A DNA stretch of 64,000 bases from Phyllosticta citribraziliensis (Eukaryota), in the NCBI RefSeq assembly GCF_038025025.1, contig NW_027117347.1, positions 1,550,001 to 1,614,000 on the forward strand, written 5' to 3'. Made by a program: the position numbers and the translations under genes. Positions 12,316 to 24,620 of this stretch are shown here, in pieces (positions within the stretch are counted from its first letter, which is position 1; every line of letters starts with the position of its first letter). Under the pieces are notes generated by a model. The model saw only the letters and a program-made list of their open reading frames with translations. It was not told the origin of the DNA and made no database searches.

Positions 12316-15300
12316 ATGGATCCCAACATTCAAAAGGCCCTCAACGACAAGCTCTACGACAAGCGCAAGGCCGGTGCCCTGGAGTACGCGTTCCCAACCG
12401 GAGCTCCTCCTGCCATCCAATGCTGACCTCGCCCGACAGGCTTGAAGCCCAGGTCCGCGAATCGCTCGCGGTAAAAGACTTCGACAAGATTCAAAAAATC
12501 GTCCACCAGCTATGTCACGACTACGCCTATGCCGTCCACCAGCCGCACGCCAGAAACGGAGGCCTGATAGGCCTAGCTGCCGCTTCCATAGCGCTAGGCT
12601 CGGTGAGCTACAATCTGTTTCCACTTTGCCCTTCCCGCTCGCTGACAGGAGGGCAGGATGTTGCCAGGTACTTGGAAGAAATCGTTCCCCCGGTTCTCGC
12701 CTGCTTCTCCGACCAGGACGCCCGCGTCCGCTACTATGCCTGCGAGAGCATGTACAACATTGCCAAGGTTGCCAAAGGGGAGATCTTGTTGTACTTCAAC
12801 GAGGTGTTTGACGCGCTTTGCAAGGTGCGCTCGTACTGTGTTTCCCCCAACAATCCGTCGTCGGCTGACATGGGCGCTAGCTCGCTGCGGATTCCGAGGC
12901 TTCGGTCAAGAACGGTGCGGAACTGCTCGACCGCCTGATTAAAGACATCGTCTCCGAATCGGCTGCTTCGTACGTTTCGATTCTCCACCAGCCAGAGGAC
13001 GCCGTCGACGACGACTCTGCGCTTGGAGAATCTGGCTCACCATCCATCGACGTCCCCATTGCCTTCTCCCTCCCCAAATTCATACCTTTGCTTCAAGAGC
13101 GCATCAACGTCTTGAACCCGTTCACACGCACCTTCCTGGTCTCTTGGATAACTTTGCTTGACTCCATACCGGACCTCGAGCTCGTCACCTACCTTCCTTC
13201 CTTTCTCGCTGGACTCCTCAAATTCCTGAGCGATCCAAACCAGGACGTCCACACTGCAACACAGACCGCGCTGGAGAGATTTTTGTCCGAGATCAAGAAA
13301 ATCGCGCGGATAAAACGAGGGCTGGCAGAAAGCAGAAAGAGCCAAGGAGAGGAAGGCAAGAAGAGCTCCAGGTCCAGCATAAGGAGCGCGCGAAGCATCC
13401 AAAGCTCCCACGACTTGGAAGCAGACCACGAAAAGGTGCCAGGCATGGACGAAGATGACCAGAGGTCCGCGAGTGAAGAGACGGAGTCGACGACAATGAA
13501 TGATCGCGCATCTGGCATGACGGACGGAGACTGGATACCTGGCCAAGATGTCCAAGTAGACCATGCAAAAATCATAGATACTCTGGTCACCTTCCTCAGT
13601 GAATCTCCAGGTGAGACTGACTCTTGGCGTGCTGGAACCAGGCTAACGTGGCGCAGAGGAGGAAATCCAACTCACGGCACTCCGATGGATTGACAGCTTC
13701 TTTGAAATCTGCCCCGAGGACATTTTGCAAGTCATTCCACGCTTGCTGTCACATGTGCTACCCGCCATGGCCAGCGAGGTGGAGCAAGTCCGTCTGGCTG
13801 CTAATCGCGTCAACAATTCACTCATGGACTACATCATGTCTCTACCCGATGAGGCCAAACCGCCGCAACAGCAAGTTACCGCAGGACCTGTCAAGGATTC
13901 TGCAGCTGCAGATCGACGAGATTCCAACTTCGGCGTGAAGGCTGGCAAGTCCTCTACCCGGGAGTCTACGGTTGATCTCAAGGCTGCCGAAGCAAAAGCA
14001 CAAGAGCCAAAGGGTGTGCCGAAAGTCTCCATCATACCAGATCCCAACGACGAAAGTTCGCCAGAGCACCATCCAGGCGCGGACCTGGACTATGAGGTTG
14101 CTGTCAATGCCTTGACTTTGCAATTTCTCAATGAACACGAGGCAACGAGAGTGGCTGCCCTCTCCTGGCTCATAATGCTGCACAAAAAGGCCCCAAGAAA
14201 GGTATTTCCATACCCTGTGAATTCTGACTGTGCTCAGTACTCATGATGATTAGATTTTGGCAATCAATGACGCCACCTTCCCCGCATTACTCAAGACTCT
14301 ATCGGACCCTGCCGAATCTGTCGTCACAAGAGACCTCCTGCTGTTGTCGCAAATATCGAAAAACAGCGACGATTCCTACTTCACCTCCTTCATGGTAGCA
14401 TTGCTGAGCCTTTTTGCTACTGACCGCCGCCTTCTAGAGACGCGCGGAAACCTCATCATTCGCCAGCTTTGCCTTTCGCTCAGCGCGGAAAGAATATACC
14501 GAACGCTGGCAGACTGTTTGGAAAGGGACGATGATGTCGAGTTTGCCAGCATCATGGTTCAGAATCTGAACAACAATCTCATAACTGCTCCTGAGCTTGC
14601 AGATTTGCGCAAACGGCTCCGCAATCTCGAAACTCGCGATGGGCAGACACTCTTTGTTACGCTTTTCCGATCGTGGTGCCACAACGCCGTGGCTACCTTT
14701 TCCCTCTGCTTGCTTGCCCAAGCTTACGAGCAAGCATACCATTTGCTCCAAATATTTGGAGAGCTGGAAATGACCGTCAACATGCTGATCCAAATCGACA
14801 AGCTGGTTCAGCTGCTCGAATCCCCCGTCTTCACTTATCTTCGTCTTCAACTCCTCGAACCAGAGAAGAATCCCCATCTTTACAAATGCCTTTACGGTGT
14901 GCTCATGCTCTTGCCCCAATCGTCGGCCTTTGCAGCGCTCAAGAACCGCCTTAATAGCGTCAGCGCCATTGGCTATCTTCACATTGCTCCTCGAACGTGG
15001 GTTTCCCAAGACTTGTCCTCTATTACACAGCTAATCCAATTCTTCAGTGCCCCTACTCCTACAACATCATCATTTGAGCGCCCAAATCGTCTCAAGTCCC
15101 GCGAAGAAGGCGGCATCAAGTGGGTGGAACTCCTCGAAAAGTTCAAACAAGTCCAAGAGCGTGCCCGCCGCGCCAAACGCGACGCTGTTCTCGGCCCTGC
15201 AGGCACCGCGGACATTGCAGATGCTATCGCGTCCCGCAACGTGGGCAATTCTTCCAATGCGGTCGGCGGCACTGGGTCGTTACAAACTGGCCACGATGGT

Positions 15301-15489
15301 ACTACGGATAGAGACAAGAAGCTGCCGCCGCGGCCGACGCAACAACGCCCCAACTCGGCCGGCGGAGCGCGCTCGTCTGTCAGCCCGGAGCAGGTCGCCG
15401 GCGGAACCGTCAAGGGACATCAGAAGAGTAAGAGTAGTTTGAGTCAGCTGGGGCGATTCGCTGCCAGGGGCGCGGGGAAGAAGAAGTAA
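12316..15489 (+). CDS. VAC14: Vac14, HEAT-repeat scaffold of the Fab1/Fig4 PI(3,5)P2 complex; multi-exon
   Basis: MDPNIQKALNDKLYDKRKAGALE, ARNGGLIGLAA, DQDARVRYYACESMYNIAKV, LLETRGNLIIRQLC and LVQLLESPVFTYLRLQLLEP. Confidence 0.95.
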
Positions 15490-16331
15490 GACGCGGGCGT
15501 GGTTGGTCTTGTTCCTAATGGCTTGGCGCATCGACTATGGCGCTTGGGACTGGAGAGCTGAGTGCGCACATATACTGGTCTGCAGTCGGAAGATTTTGGC
15601 TCGCGGCGCTGGTGTCGTTGTGGTGGTGGTCGTCTGCTACTGCAGGTGGGTGGGTGGGTGGGCAAGCTTAGCATCCATCATCTTCTCGCCACCTCTGAAT
15701 AATTGGCCTCTAGCGGCGGTATATACGCTGCTCATCTCATTGGGCGGCTCTTTGCATCGCTGTCTATCTGTCTGTCTGTTCGTCGTCTTCCCCCTCGAAT
15801 TTTTTCCTCGGTGCGCGGTGGCCTCCTCGCTTCCTCTTCTCTCTTCTCCGCCTTCTCTCGTCTTCTTGTGGAGTTTTCGGTTTTCGGATTCTCGTGAACG
15901 GTCAGAGTCGGTCCTCGGCTGCAGGGGCGGGATACCACTGTCTGGAATAGTACATATACATACATATATACATACCATACCGTATCATACCCCTTGCACG
16001 CTTGCACGCTTGCCTTATCCACGGCAGCAGCCAAAGCAGCATGGGGGTGGATGGATGGGGAAGCACATGGGGCAGGCCGGTAGGCGTCGGATGGTTAGGT
16101 ACTTAGCAAGAAGGAAGGCAGGCGTGTGCCATTCCATTCTGTTGGTGTTTTTTTGTTCGTGGATCAGCTGGTCGGCTTTTTTTTTTTTTTTTTTTTTGTT
16201 GCGGCGGCTCTTTTGTAAGTAGATTGCTTGGTTGCGCTGTGTGGGCGGAATGGATGGCTAGAGAGGCTGCGCGGTGGTCTGTACCTAGGGCAACATGAAG
16301 AAGAGTAGACACAATCCAACACCCCTGAATA

Positions 16332-17398
16332 TTAATCCTCATACCCCTCCTGCTCCCCCTCATCATACGCCGCCTCAACCCCATCCCCAAACCTCTCCAC
16401 CTCGCCCACGCCCTCGCCCACCCACTCGGCCGCATCCTCGACGCCCCCTTCGACATCCTGCGGTATGTCCTCGACATCCTGCACCGCACCGTCCCACTTC
16501 TGCTCCGTCCACTCGCCCGCCTCCTCCGCGCCCCTCTCCACGTCCTCGGGGAACTCCTCGACGTCTTGCACCGCGTCGTCGACGCCGCGTTCGACGCTGC
16601 CGACGCCCTCGCCAACGAACTCGGCCGTCGCGTCCGCGCCGCGCTCCATGTCGTCGGGGAACTCTTCGACGTCGCGCACAGCGTCGTCGTACTGCTGCTC
16701 CGTCCAGTCTTCCGCGCGGTCGGCGCCGCGCTCGACGCTGCCGACGCCCTCGCCGACGAACTCAGCCGTCTCGTACGGTGCGGCTTCGACGTTGCGCTCC
16801 AGGCGCGCTTTGTCTTGGTCCCAGTCTTGTGCTGTGAGGGGCAGAGGAGGGCGCGTCAGCTACGGCGGGTGGGTGTTGTGCGTGTGGTCGGGTGCGACTG
16901 GGCAGGAGAATGGGGCCAGGAGGTCAGGGGGTGAGGAAGAAGAAGGGAGAGGATGAACAACGTACCGATCTCATCGCCCTCGTGCATCAGCAGCGCGCCC
17001 GCCGCCGCGCCCCCCACCGCGCCCATCGCCCCGTACGCCATGCCCGAATGGCCCGACGACTCGTTCTCCTCGCGCGGCCGCTCCTCGTAGTAACCCCCCC
17101 CTCTTTCATACCCTCCTACTCCTCCTCCGCCGCCCTGGTAGTACCCGCCCGGCTCGCCGCCAGGATACTCAAACGTGCGCTCGCCATTGGCCTCGTTGAC
17201 GAAGAGCCAACGTCCGGCGCCGGGCTCCCATCGCGCGATCCAGGGGGGAAATAGTTGCGGAGGGGGCCCAGGTGGCCCGCTGCTGCTGCTGTTTTCGTAG
17301 TATGTCTCGCTTGCTGTTGGGGGCGCCGCGCTGCCGCTGTTGTTGCTGTGCGTAAAGTCCGAGAGGGCTTCGGACGCGAGGTCCCCGAGGAAACCCAT
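16332..17398 (-). CDS. Uncharacterised WW-domain protein with a Gly-rich linker and acidic tandem repeats (hydrophilin/LEA-like); 2 exons
   Basis: Exon 1 reads MGFLGDLASE...PPWIARWEPGAGRWLFVNEANGERTFEYP (WW-like)...GAAAGALLMHEGDEI. Intron 16832-16965 (GTACGT...GCTGAC...CAG). Exon 2 repeats AEFVGEGVGSVERG and DVEEFPDD, stop at 16332. Confidence 0.8.
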
Positions 17399-18230
17399 GG
17401 TTTTGTTTGTGAGAGTCTGGATGTTTGGTGGAGAGGGGAGGGGGGGCAGGGAGACTGGGAGGTGTGTGAGCAACTGAGGAGTTGAGGTGTTGGATGGGAC
17501 GCATCATTGCTCGTCGATATGTTTACTCACAATATTATAAGACGCGGTGTTCCTAGATGTGTCCGGGTAGATGTCGCAAAGCACCCACGAACTACTGTGT
17601 CAGCGTGTATCGAGCAGTCGTCCCGTCCGTCTCTTCTTGAACAATCGCGAACCCAACAGCCAGCGAACCTCAGCCCCTCCCCGTTCATATACCCCACCAC
17701 TGCATGCTCTCGAAATAACGACGCCCTCCCTCCCTCTCGCGTGAAACTGTCGATCAGAAGCGCCCCGGAGATTCGGCACACGGACGGCACGGCACAGCAG
17801 CCGTGCTGCTCCAAACGACGCACCCAGCAAGAGTGGGTCGGACTGGATCAGTTGCCCTACTCCTTCTCTTAACTTGGACATGTAGCATTGCGTGCGGCAA
17901 GCTTTCCGGCGCTGCCGCCGCCGCCTATCAATCTGCTCGTACGGAGACCACATGCATGGTCGTTGGCTCGCCCGCTCAGGTCGTCGTTCTTCTCGTATGT
18001 ACCTACCGTGGCACCTCGCTCCCGGCAGCCTCTCGTCTCGCCTCGCCATTGTGCTGGCCAGCTACAAAGCTCGGCTCAGCTCAGCTGCGCGAGGTTGCCG
18101 GGAGCCGATGTCTTGTTCGACGTGCTGTGGTTGGTTTTGCGCCGCGCGCGACGAAACGAGTCGGCGCGAGACACGCTGTCATGTCAACGCGCCGTCCACC
18201 AGTCCATCCCTGTGAGTCCTGTTTGGCTGG

Positions 18231-18350
18231 TTGGGTTGGGTTGGGTTGGGTATGCGGGCCGCGCCGCGCGCCGGCCTGCTTGCCTGCTTGCCTGCTTGCC
18301 TGCTTGCCTGCTTGCCTGCTTGCCTGCTTGCCTGCTTGCCTGCTTGCCTG
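18231..18350. repeat. (TTGGG)4 at 18231-18250 followed by a perfect 8-bp tandem repeat (GCCTGCTT)x9.6 at 18274-18350
   Basis: Directly visible in the sequence. It generates the spurious LPACLLAC / QASRQAGK ORFs. Confidence 0.95.
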
Positions 18351-19049
18351 GCGTCTTGCTGCTGTCTGTGGTGGCTCTGCAGAGCGCGACTCGACGTGCG
18401 GCGCCCTCACGCAAAAACAGGCAGCGCAGTCCACGAGTGCTGTCTCAACATCTCTGAAGGCAAGCTGCTGCGAGAACGCAAGCGCCTCTATCAGCAGTAG
18501 TAGGAGGGTGAGAGAGAGTGGGGCGCGGGAAATGCGGAAATGCGGAGGGGCAGGGCAGGGCAAGCGCACAGGACAGGCCAGCATGCTGCGCGACAAAAGC
18601 TTGGTGAAGCTTGTTTCGCGCTCATTTCTGCTACGTGGCGATCTCTGATGCTTATTTGCCTGGGCTGCAGGGCGGTTGATGCTTTGAGGTGGGTTAAAAA
18701 GGGGAGGGTGGGTTTGCGTTGTCGACACGGCTGTGGGCAGGTGAGAGGCCAGCCACAGGCAGTCGTGGGGAAATGAATGGCTAGCATGAACCGCTCACTA
18801 CTGCTAAAGCGAGAGAGGAGCTGTCATTTACCACAGCATTTGATGATCCCAAGAAAGGCTTGACATGTACAGTACACATCTAGGTAGAATTATTATTTGA
18901 CAGGTACCGAACGCTCATCCCCAGCAAAAATGCAAGGCTCAAAAACAATCTAGAGACAAGACACCGACGCTATGCACAATCTCCGTGACGCCAGGCCACA
19001 AAACATCCGACTACTTTTCCAAATTAAACCCACCAAACAAATACTCTCC

Positions 19050-20872
19050 TCACTTCCGCTCTCCGAGCTTCATCATGAGCGTATCGTATGCGGTGACGGT
19101 CATCCGCGGTGCATCTGTCTCCCGAATCGTAATCGTTTCCCGCGCCGTCACCGTCTCTCGCAGCGTCGTCGTGGCCGTCTCCTTCACCGTCACCGTTTTG
19201 ATCTGCGTCATCGTCTCCGTGTATGTTGAGACGCTCGGATCGACGGGGATGATGGTGATGCCCTCGCCGCCGTCGTCATCGGCCGCGGACGATGATGATG
19301 GGATAATAGGCGCTGGAGCCGCCGTGGTGCTGCTAGCTGGCGCTTGCGTCGGAGACGTGGGGGGTGCGGTCTCGCGCGATGCCGATGCGCTTGATGCGGA
19401 ACTCGGGACAGACGACTCTCGCGACGGAGATGCACTCGAGAAAGCTGAAGTCGAAGGGACATTTGTGATGGCTGCTTCTGTGCTTGTGAATGATGGCGTG
19501 CTTTGTGTGGTCTTTGAGGAAAACGACTGCGGGAGCTTCTGAGATTCTTGAGTTGCCGGACTGCCATCTGTGCCCGAATCTGCCAGAGAGGAGCTTTGAG
19601 CCGTTGCCTCAGGTGTGGGTGCAGGAGTGCTCGATTGCTGAGCTGAGGTGATGGTAGTCATCACAGTCTTGGTCAGGTGCAATGTGCTCTGTGAAGTTTG
19701 TGTCGGATCTATCGTAGTTGTCACGTAGACCACGGAATTCGACGCTTCAGGAGATGAATACGTAGACAAAAGACCTGATGAACCCGGTGTGACTGTGGTG
19801 AGTATCGTTGTCGTCTTGCGCAGAGCTCCCAGCTGTGACGACTGAACAGGATATAATGTTGTGGCCACGTAGACGGGACCAGATTGCGACACTCTTGCAG
19901 GCGTTCCAGTGGGAGTCAAGCTTGCTCGTCCATTTGGTGTCGATATAGGAGGTGTGGAACGCACTGTCGGAGTGGCAAAATTTGCTCCTGAACTCGAGCG
20001 AGCGGCATCTGTAGGCGTTGCAGGAAGGCCGCTAGAGAATGTCTTCCTGGTCGCTGTAGAATTCGCAGCTATAGGCGTAGAAAATTGGCTAGGTGTCTTT
20101 ATCGGCGTCAAGGTTGGTGTACTTGGCGAGCTTGTCGGTGATGAGGGATCAAAGGAGAAACTTGCCGGTGTCGTGGCATTGCTCGATGTGGGGCTTTTAG
20201 TGCCTGGTACTGGGTCGTACGTAAACTGTTTGCTGGGTGTGAGGAGTCGCGAGGGAGTTCCCGTGGCATATGTCGTAGGCGTTTGCAATGACGGATTCTG
20301 TGTCGAGGTGGTAGTTGGTGTGAGGCCGGAAACTGATGCCTCTGCCCCTTGAAATCCGCCGCTCAGTCCGGGGCTTGGAGTCGACAAATTATAATTTGGT
20401 GTTTGGCTAAAAGTGGCTGGTGTACTGACGGAGAAGAACGTGCTGGTTGATGGTTCGGGCGTGGATGGAGGTGTGACTGAAGATATAATAGGAGACGTGA
20501 TAATATCTTGTATTATTGAGCCATCGCCTGCGACACTGTGTTAGAATGATTGGCTCCGTGTTCCTGCAAAGCATACTTACTCGTCAAAAGGGTCACAGGG
20601 ACAACGAATGGGATGCCAGTATCGGCCGCATGTACAGACTGGACAGCATTTGTGGTTATTACGCTTTGCGGTGTCGATATGGAGGCGTGAGGATTTGATG
20701 TGGAAGTGTTTGCAAATCTAGGAAAGCTGTTCACCTAGGGTCAGCTCGCGTTCCAGGTCGGGTGGGAGATGGTGTCGTACTGAAGTTTTGGGCCGAGTTG
20801 GGGGACAGGGCTTGCTGCGGTGGAAGATGCAAATAAAAGGGCCAGGAGAAGCTTCTTGGTACCCAGAGACAT
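19050..20872 (-). CDS. Secreted Ser/Thr/Pro-rich mucin-like protein, 3 exons
   Basis: Signal peptide MSLGTKKLLLALLFASSTAASPVP. Two short introns with GCTGAC/CTAAC branch sites join it in frame to ORF 20513-20734 and to the long S/T-rich ORF 19050-20387. Confidence 0.7.
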
Positions 20873-22054
20873 GGCAAAGATGTGCGACAATTAGTTAAGG
20901 AGAGTAATTTGAGAAACCAGCTCGGAAATTTCCAAAGAAGGGAACAGCACAGCTGATTTGGACAGAAAGGGAAAGAATGATCACTGTTGAAACGCGAGGA
21001 AATGGAGCGAACGGAAAAAACGGAGAGAAAGGAAAAGACAGACGGAAGCACAGAGTAAAAGAAAGACCACACGCGCGCAGGTGGAGCCAGAAGACCCGGC
21101 GGACTGTTGCATCTGCATTCATCATGCTAGGAATGGGGAGGCGGGTACTTTTCAAGCCGGTCTAGCCGCTGTCTGAACGCGAGCGGACATGCACCTGAGC
21201 AGTGGACGGCGGGTATTGTTGGAAGCGCGCCACATGGGGCTCGTTGGAAAGACAGGGGTTGTTTCGATGTCGTGCAATGGCGCGGTAGGTACATGAGACT
21301 TAGCCGCCGAGTGTCAAACATTTCGGGTACATTTGGTTTGTGGCGCCATGATTGGCCGGGTCTTGTTCCGTTCGGCTCCCACAGCCTGCTTCGGCATGCC
21401 GCATCTTGGATGGTGGGAAAAGAAACGTGAATCTCTATATTTGGACGGCTTGGACGGTTTGGACGGCAGTAGACATAAGGATAGAAAACAGTGTCTCGTG
21501 CAGCTTCAGCATCAAGGCCAGCTCACGACCGAATTCCGAATAGACTTGCACTTGGATTTCATCATGCGAAGTAAAGAAAGTGCCAAAGTCGTTGTGTCGC
21601 TGGTCGTCATGAGATCCTCGAGTCCTCCTGGATGAGGCATCTCGATTCAGCCTGGAGGTGTGATAAAGGTGATGAAGAAGACGGTCAGGCGAGAACGTCG
21701 CGATGGTTTGAGAGGTTTCGATTCGATCTTGATGGAGCCTTTGGTGATGGATCCGTGGATGTCAAGTCTGGATGGTGTTGAGCGGTTCCCGTCGCGACCA
21801 GGAAGCCGGTGTGCCTGACGGACACTAGCTCCCGCGGGTCCGTGCGTGTTTACTCCCGTTCCGCAGTCCATCCCCGCAGCCGCAATTTCCTCGCACTCTC
21901 TCTCCGACTCTCCGATCCCCGCTCCAGTCTCTACCCCAACCGAAACGTCACCGCGTCTGTCCACTGTTGGTGGTCAGTGGTTGCTGAGCGTTGCGTCGTC
22001 GTCTTCTGCTGTCGTTTCTTTCCGTCCTTTCCTGCGTCGTCTGCCGCCGTCATC

Positions 22055-24620
22055 ATGAGTGTCCGCGTCCTGGCACGGATACGCCCCCTGCTCAAGAACG
22101 AGCTCGACAAGGACGTTATCGTCACGGCTGAAAATGCCACCGCCGACCAAGACGCGTCTCCCAACGTTGTGCGGATGCCCAATCCCAAGAACGAGTCCGA
22201 GGCCTTCAGTTTTCAGTTCCAAAGTGTCTACGACCAGGAGACGACGCAACAGGAGCTGTTTGATAAGGAAGGTAGGGATCCGCAAGGTCCGTTCACCATT
22301 CAATGGCGCTGACGGGACCACCTACAGTCTCGCCGACGGTCAAGCATCTTTTCAATGGCTTCGACGTGACCATTTTCGCCTACGGCGTCACTGGCACCGG
22401 CAAGACTCACACAATGCGTGGCGGCAAGTCTTTGGCAGACCGAGGAGTGATTCCGCGACTTCTCAGCAGTATATATCGTCGTTGTCGAAAGCTCGAAAAG
22501 GACGGAGCCTCCCAGGTGGATGTCGCCGTGAGCTACTACGAAATCTACAACGACCGCGTCTACGACCTTTTCGAGCCCCCGGAGAAGCGCACCGCAGCTG
22601 GCCTGCCGATTCGCGATAATAATGGGAAGACCGTCGTGGTTGGTCTCACCGAGAGGCCTTGCACAACTCTCAAGGAATTCGAAAAACTTTACGACGAAGC
22701 CAATGTCAACCGCTCCACCTCTGCAACCAAGGTTCGTTTGCCATGTTTCAAATTGGTTCTTGGCTAATCCTGCTGAAGCTCAATGCCCACTCTTCCCGGT
22801 CTCATGCTATTCTTTGCGTTACACTAACCCAAACGACTGATACCCATACCCATGTTTCGAGAGCATCGTGCATAGACCTTGCCGGTTCCGAAGACAATCG
22901 AAGAACCGACAACAACCGCGAGCGTTTGGTTGAATCTTCTGCCATTAACAAGTCCTTATTCGTGCTAGCGCAGTGCGTTGAGGCCATTAGCAAAAAGCAG
23001 CACAGGATACCCTACCGCGAATCCAAAATGACCCGCATTCTATCTCTGGGCCAAAACAATGGCCTGACATTGATGATTTTGAACCTGGCGCCGGTGCGTT
23101 CGTATCATTTGGACACCCTGAGTTCTTTGAATTTCGCCAGTCGCACAAAGAAAATCGAGGTCAATGAGGTGGAGAACGAGCCAGTTTTGCATGCCTCCAA
23201 AGCATCCTCAAAACCCTACTCTGCCATATCGGGACCTGGTATTCAACGCCAACCTCTGAAGCCGCTCGCGGCAGCGAAAAATGCCGACCTGGCCCAGCCG
23301 CAGCAAAAGAAGATTGAGAAGCCGGCCAAATCTTTTGCTGTATTTTCTGACAAACCAAAAGCGGTACCCAAGCCTGCTTCCACCTCATCAACCCAGGCAC
23401 GACGCCCTGACAATCTCAAACGTGGAGCAACGGACAATGCAACCATGGGGTCGCGGCCCTCCAAAAGGCCGGTGCAGAGTTCGGGATACGGTAAGCAGTC
23501 TGCGCCTATGAGCAAAGAAGCCATCGAGGCCATGATCGAGAAGCGAATCGAGGAGAAGTTGGCCGAAAGGGCACTCAACGAGACGTCGACCATTCAAACT
23601 CAAGATATCAGTGAGGCCGTGCAAAAGCGGCTCGAGGCCTTGGAGGAACGAGTGGGACGAGAAGACGACGACAGAGGAGAGGGCTTGCACTTTTTGCTCA
23701 TGGCAAAACAACACCACGTCCGTGGGGAGCATTTGTCCGCTCTCAAAATGTACCAACTCGCTCTACCGCACTTCCCCGAAAATGAGAAACTTGAACAAAA
23801 GATTGCGTCTCTAGAGGAGAAGGTCAGGAAAGAGAAGGAGGCAAGACGGTCTCGTCAGACTCCTGAGCCCGATCCATTCCAAGCTCCGGAGCCCGTTCAA
23901 GCGGCCGAGCCACCAAAGACACATGGAGATGAGAAGCATGCGGAACCACTGCCCATAGCAGCCCGCACCAACATCCTATCCAAGCAGCCTTTGCGTAGGC
24001 CGGCCGTGGACAAGCCAGCTGCAACCAGCGAAAAGCCAGCTACCGCGATTCGACCAGTGTCACGGCCCCTTAGCAAATCCAAGTCCGCAACACGCAAGCT
24101 CGAGCCCGAGCCAATTCATCAAGAAGACGAGGAAGATGACGGACGTAACGATGTGGTTGATGACTCGTTTGTACCTGACGACGCTGCTTCGGATGCTGGT
24201 TCCGCCTACCAAGAAGACGACAGCTTCGTCTACAAACCCAAGACCGCCAAAACCCGCAAGCCGAAACCGAAAAAGCTCCCTGTATTCCGCGACGACTACC
24301 ACGCATCCTCTTCCGCCGCTGCTGCCGATCCTCCAGTAACCACGCCCGTCACTTCAACCTCTACAGAGGATGCTTCCAAAGCATACGCCACACCCCGCAC
24401 CAAACGCTTGCTCGGCATCATCAACACGCGAGACCTGGGTCAGATTCGCATGCTGAAAGGCGTCGGTGCGAAAAAGGCTGAAGCGATTGTCAACTGCCTT
24501 TGCGAGATGGACGACGGCGACGAGGGGCGCTGGATCCTGACCGACCTGGAGCAGCTGGCGGGGCTGAAGGGTGTGGGCGTCAAGACGGTCGAGAATATGC
24601 GGCAGGGGTTGTTTGCATAG
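22055..24620 (+). CDS. Kinesin-10 (Kid/KIF22-like chromokinesin) with a C-terminal helix-hairpin-helix DNA-binding domain
   Basis: MSVRVLARIRP, P-loop FAYGVTGTGKTHTM, NAHSSRSH, DLAGSED, HRIPYRESKMTRIL, and C-terminal LKGVGAKKAE...LKGVGVKTVE HhH pair. Two introns at about 22272-22327 and about 22732-22778. Confidence 0.9.

Noticed and set aside
16832..16965. Two branch/acceptor sets in the WW-gene intron, suggesting a stwintron
   Set aside because: Removing the inner intron would create a poor donor (GTCGCA), and the upstream G is needed in the exon to keep the frame.
17803..18728. ORFs of 189-281 aa with LPACLLAC / QASRQAGK repeats
   Set aside because: Artefacts of the 8-bp tandem repeat. 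This is not a CRISPR array either, since there are no spacers.
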